Source: a virus. Taken from it: a DNA stretch of 34,440 bases. The first letter of the stretch is position 1. Every line of letters begins with the position of its first letter. Under the pieces are notes generated by a model that saw only the letters and a list, made by a program, of their open reading frames with translations, was not told the DNA's origin and searched no databases. The translations under genes were made by a program, and so were the position numbers. Location: positions 1 through 34,440 of the IMG/VR virus record IMGVR_UViG_3300029555_000016. One strand, 5' to 3'. Shown here piece by piece: positions 32,503 through 34,440 of the stretch.

Positions 32503-34083
32503 TTATTCCTCTCCTCCGTAATAATCTTTTTCATTGAATAAATTATCCCCAAACAAATTTTGAGATCGTTTATACTCATCGTCACTTGAAATTTTTTCGA
32601 GATATTCTTGCGTTTCCCCGTCTGTCAAATTATTAATTTGCTTTACTGCAATTTCTTTTGGCAATAATCCCGCGCTATAATTATCGCGGATATTGGCGTC
32701 GTATTGCAATTTGTTGCCTATATAATCTCCAAGCTGTAACTGCACGTCAGGCACGAATCCTTCTTGTTTCAGCACCTCTCTTAACGCTCTTGTCAACACC
32801 GGTAAAATGGTATTGTGTGTATCTCGAATACTCGCTCGTGTCAGATTTTCCTCCGCAGTTACTTCCGTTGCGGTTTTTACACTATTATCCGGCGTCAGAT
32901 AGGGAAAGATACTCGTCGGGGAATATCCGGCTCTGACGGCGGTCAGTCGTTCGTACATTTCCATCATCTTTCCATACTGATCCGCTCGAATGTCGAATTG
33001 TATGGGTGTAGGCGACATTTTATCCTTATCCATCACGCTCGGCATGATATAGACAAAGCTTTCATCGCTGTATCCACGCAGTTCTGCCGTAGTTACGTTG
33101 AACTGTTTGCCCGGATATTGCGATTGTAAACGGTTTAAAGTGTCCTGCAAAAATTGTTTGGGGACTAAAATTTTGCCCTCGCCGTTTAGTACGTCTATCA
33201 TCGACCCACTGAATACTACGTCGATAGACCATAACAAATCCAGGCAGCCGTATAATAAAGGATCTCCAAAAGGCGCGTCCGGCACACAGGAATTGGTAGC
33301 TGTGCGACTCAAAAGCCATACACCCAATCTATCAAAGGTAGGCAGTATAATTTCTTGATTTAAGCGCGTTATTTTTAGACGCCGCAATTCTTCCTGGACA
33401 TTCTTGGGCAGATTTTCTATCTCTGCTCCTATTTCATAGGGGGAAGGAAGCGTAGGAGAGTTTACAATTCCACCGCGTACAAATACTTTATAAATTAGTA
33501 CCGGCTTGCCGTCTTCGTTATATTTTCTTTCTTCCACCAACCAATACGTAGACTGCTGCTCGCGATTTTTTAATGTGGATAACAACGCGACAAAGAAAAC
33601 CGCGTCTGTAACTTCCCCGTTTTCGTCAGTGGAAATTAATGTTCTATCAATGCGAAAGGCAGAAAGCGTATTCCTGCCTTTTTCATCCTGATTCCACTTT
33701 ATTACCGAAGTGCCTCCGGCTAACATAAAAGAAATTGCCCGCGTAAGAAATTTATTGAAGTTAACGCCAGGCGACCATATATCGCTTAGAAACTTGCAGC
33801 TTTCATCATTCCCCAGGAAAAACAATTTATCCCCGGTGATTAAGCGCGTAGCTCCTTTTACCAATGCCATTCCGGTCGAAGTGGAAAGCGAAGAATTATA
33901 CACCCCGTCTACTGACGCCGTAGAATAGGCTATACACGGTCTTACTACCGTTTCCATATAGGAAATCCATTGCCAATTTAACTGTGCGTAATAAGTCGAA
34001 TTATTGACGAAATTTTCAAATGGTTTTCTATATTTTGTGTTTTCTAAGTATCTTTTTAAATATTCTGGTATTTGAAATCCCAT
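32503..34083 (-). CDS. Portal protein
   Basis: 526 aa, immediately downstream of terL and upstream of the gp7-like gene. The call rests on size and position. Confidence 0.7.
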   Translation of the reverse strand: MGFQIPEYLKRYLENTKYRKPFENFVNNSTYYAQLNWQWISYMETVVRPCIAYSTASVDGVYNSSLSTSTGMALVKGATRLITGDKLFFLGNDESCKFLSDIWSPGVNFNKFLTRAISFMLAGGTSVIKWNQDEKGRNTLSAFRIDRTLISTDENGEVTDAVFFVALLSTLKNREQQSTYWLVEERKYNEDGKPVLIYKVFVRGGIVNSPTLPSPYEIGAEIENLPKNVQEELRRLKITRLNQEIILPTFDRLGVWLLSRTATNSCVPDAPFGDPLLYGCLDLLWSIDVVFSGSMIDVLNGEGKILVPKQFLQDTLNRLQSQYPGKQFNVTTAELRGYSDESFVYIMPSVMDKDKMSPTPIQFDIRADQYGKMMEMYERLTAVRAGYSPTSIFPYLTPDNSVKTATEVTAEENLTRASIRDTHNTILPVLTRALREVLKQEGFVPDVQLQLGDYIGNKLQYDANIRDNYSAGLLPKEIAVKQINNLTDGETQEYLEKISSDDEYKRSQNLFGDNLFNEKDYYGGEE

Positions 34084-34097
34084 GTGTGCTCACTTCC

Positions 34098-34440
34098 TTA
34101 TCCGAAATTGTTTAAATAGGCATAATAATAATGTGCCGTCGCGTATTTATCCGCATCAATCGTATGATCATCCTGCCCGTCGGGTATCTCGTTTTTTTCG
34201 TCATAACAAAATGTGCCGAGTTCTCTAAGACTCGGCGCATTCGACGGTATATCTAAAATTTTGAAAACCCCGCGGAAATATCCGTTTTGCAAACGTTTTA
34301 TATCTCGTTCTATGCTTTTATTTTCCACCGCTTTGCAGAAAAAACCTGTTTTGTTTCCGAACTCCAACATTAAATCCTGCGTGACCACTGCACTATCAAA
34401 CACCCACGCTTCATTATACGGTCCCGGAAGAATAACTCCA
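34098..34440 (-). CDS. terL: Terminase large subunit, C-terminal nuclease part (continuation of 1..1091)
   Basis: Same frame continues through the 99-bp overlap. The ...DGQDDHTIDADKYATAHYYYAY end is typical of terminase nuclease domains. I count about 444 aa in total on the circle. Confidence 0.88.
   Translation of the reverse strand, partial: GVILPGPYNEAWVFDSAVVTQDLMLEFGNKTGFFCKAVENKSIERDIKRLQNGYFRGVFKILDIPSNAPSLRELGTFCYDEKNEIPDGQDDHTIDADKYATAHYYYAYLNNFG
34342..34440. repeat. Terminal direct overlap, copy 2 (identical to 1..99)
   Basis: Same 99-mer as 1..99. The length is typical of a k-mer overlap from circular assembly. Confidence 0.95.

Larger units (their letters stand above)
1..34440. 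mobile_element. Complete temperate tailed-phage genome assembled as a circle (unit about 34,341 bp)
   Basis: Full set of phage modules is present: packaging, head, tail, lysogeny, replication and recombination. The window ends are identical over 99 bp and terL is continuous across them. Confidence 0.9.

Noticed and set aside
1-34440. Stop-codon reassignment or an alternative genetic code
   Set aside because: All recognisable genes are intact and tightly packed under the standard code. The only broken gene (1476..2674) is explained by a homopolymer frame change, not by in-frame stops.

Overview
The window is one complete, circularly closed temperate tailed-phage genome. Bases 1-99 are identical to 34342-34440, giving a unit length of about 34,341 bp, and the large-terminase gene is split across the window ends. 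Almost everything is on the minus strand as one long early-to-late transcription series. Early genes run 11434->2839 and include ERF recombinase, a replication organiser, a DnaB-like helicase, RusA, a C5-methyltransferase, SSB and a RinA/ArpU-like late regulator. The ParB-methyltransferase, terS and terL follow (2674->1, wrapping to 34440). Head, connector, tail and fibre genes run 34083->19389, and a terminal block of small and membrane proteins runs 19379->15949. Plus-strand islands are the lysogeny cassette (LexA/cI-like repressor and tyrosine integrase, 13763-15627, followed by attP), small A+T-rich accessory genes at 11584-12499, and a two-gene membrane-protein cassette at 25770-26627 inserted in the tail module. 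attP carries the 3' 56 nt of a tRNA-Gln(CUG) flanked by ACTACCCAA arm repeats. GGAGG ribosome-binding sites, the RinA/ArpU and ERF genes and the tRNA fragment suggest a Firmicutes/Clostridia-type host; this is inference only. The items most worth a second look: (1) a C5-MTase whose motifs run III-X then I-II, an apparent circular permutation; (2) a ParB-domain/amino-MTase gene split exactly at an in-frame A_AAA_AAG slippery heptamer; (3) an early pentapeptide-repeat protein built from 23 near-identical 15-bp repeats; (4) an A+T-rich self-contained membrane-protein cassette interrupting the late operon; (5) no recognisable endolysin or tape measure, with three translationally coupled membrane proteins ending the late operon; (6) an intrinsic terminator in the leader of the late genes; and (7) a second switch with face-to-face consensus promoters. 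All family assignments come from reading motifs by eye. No searches were run.
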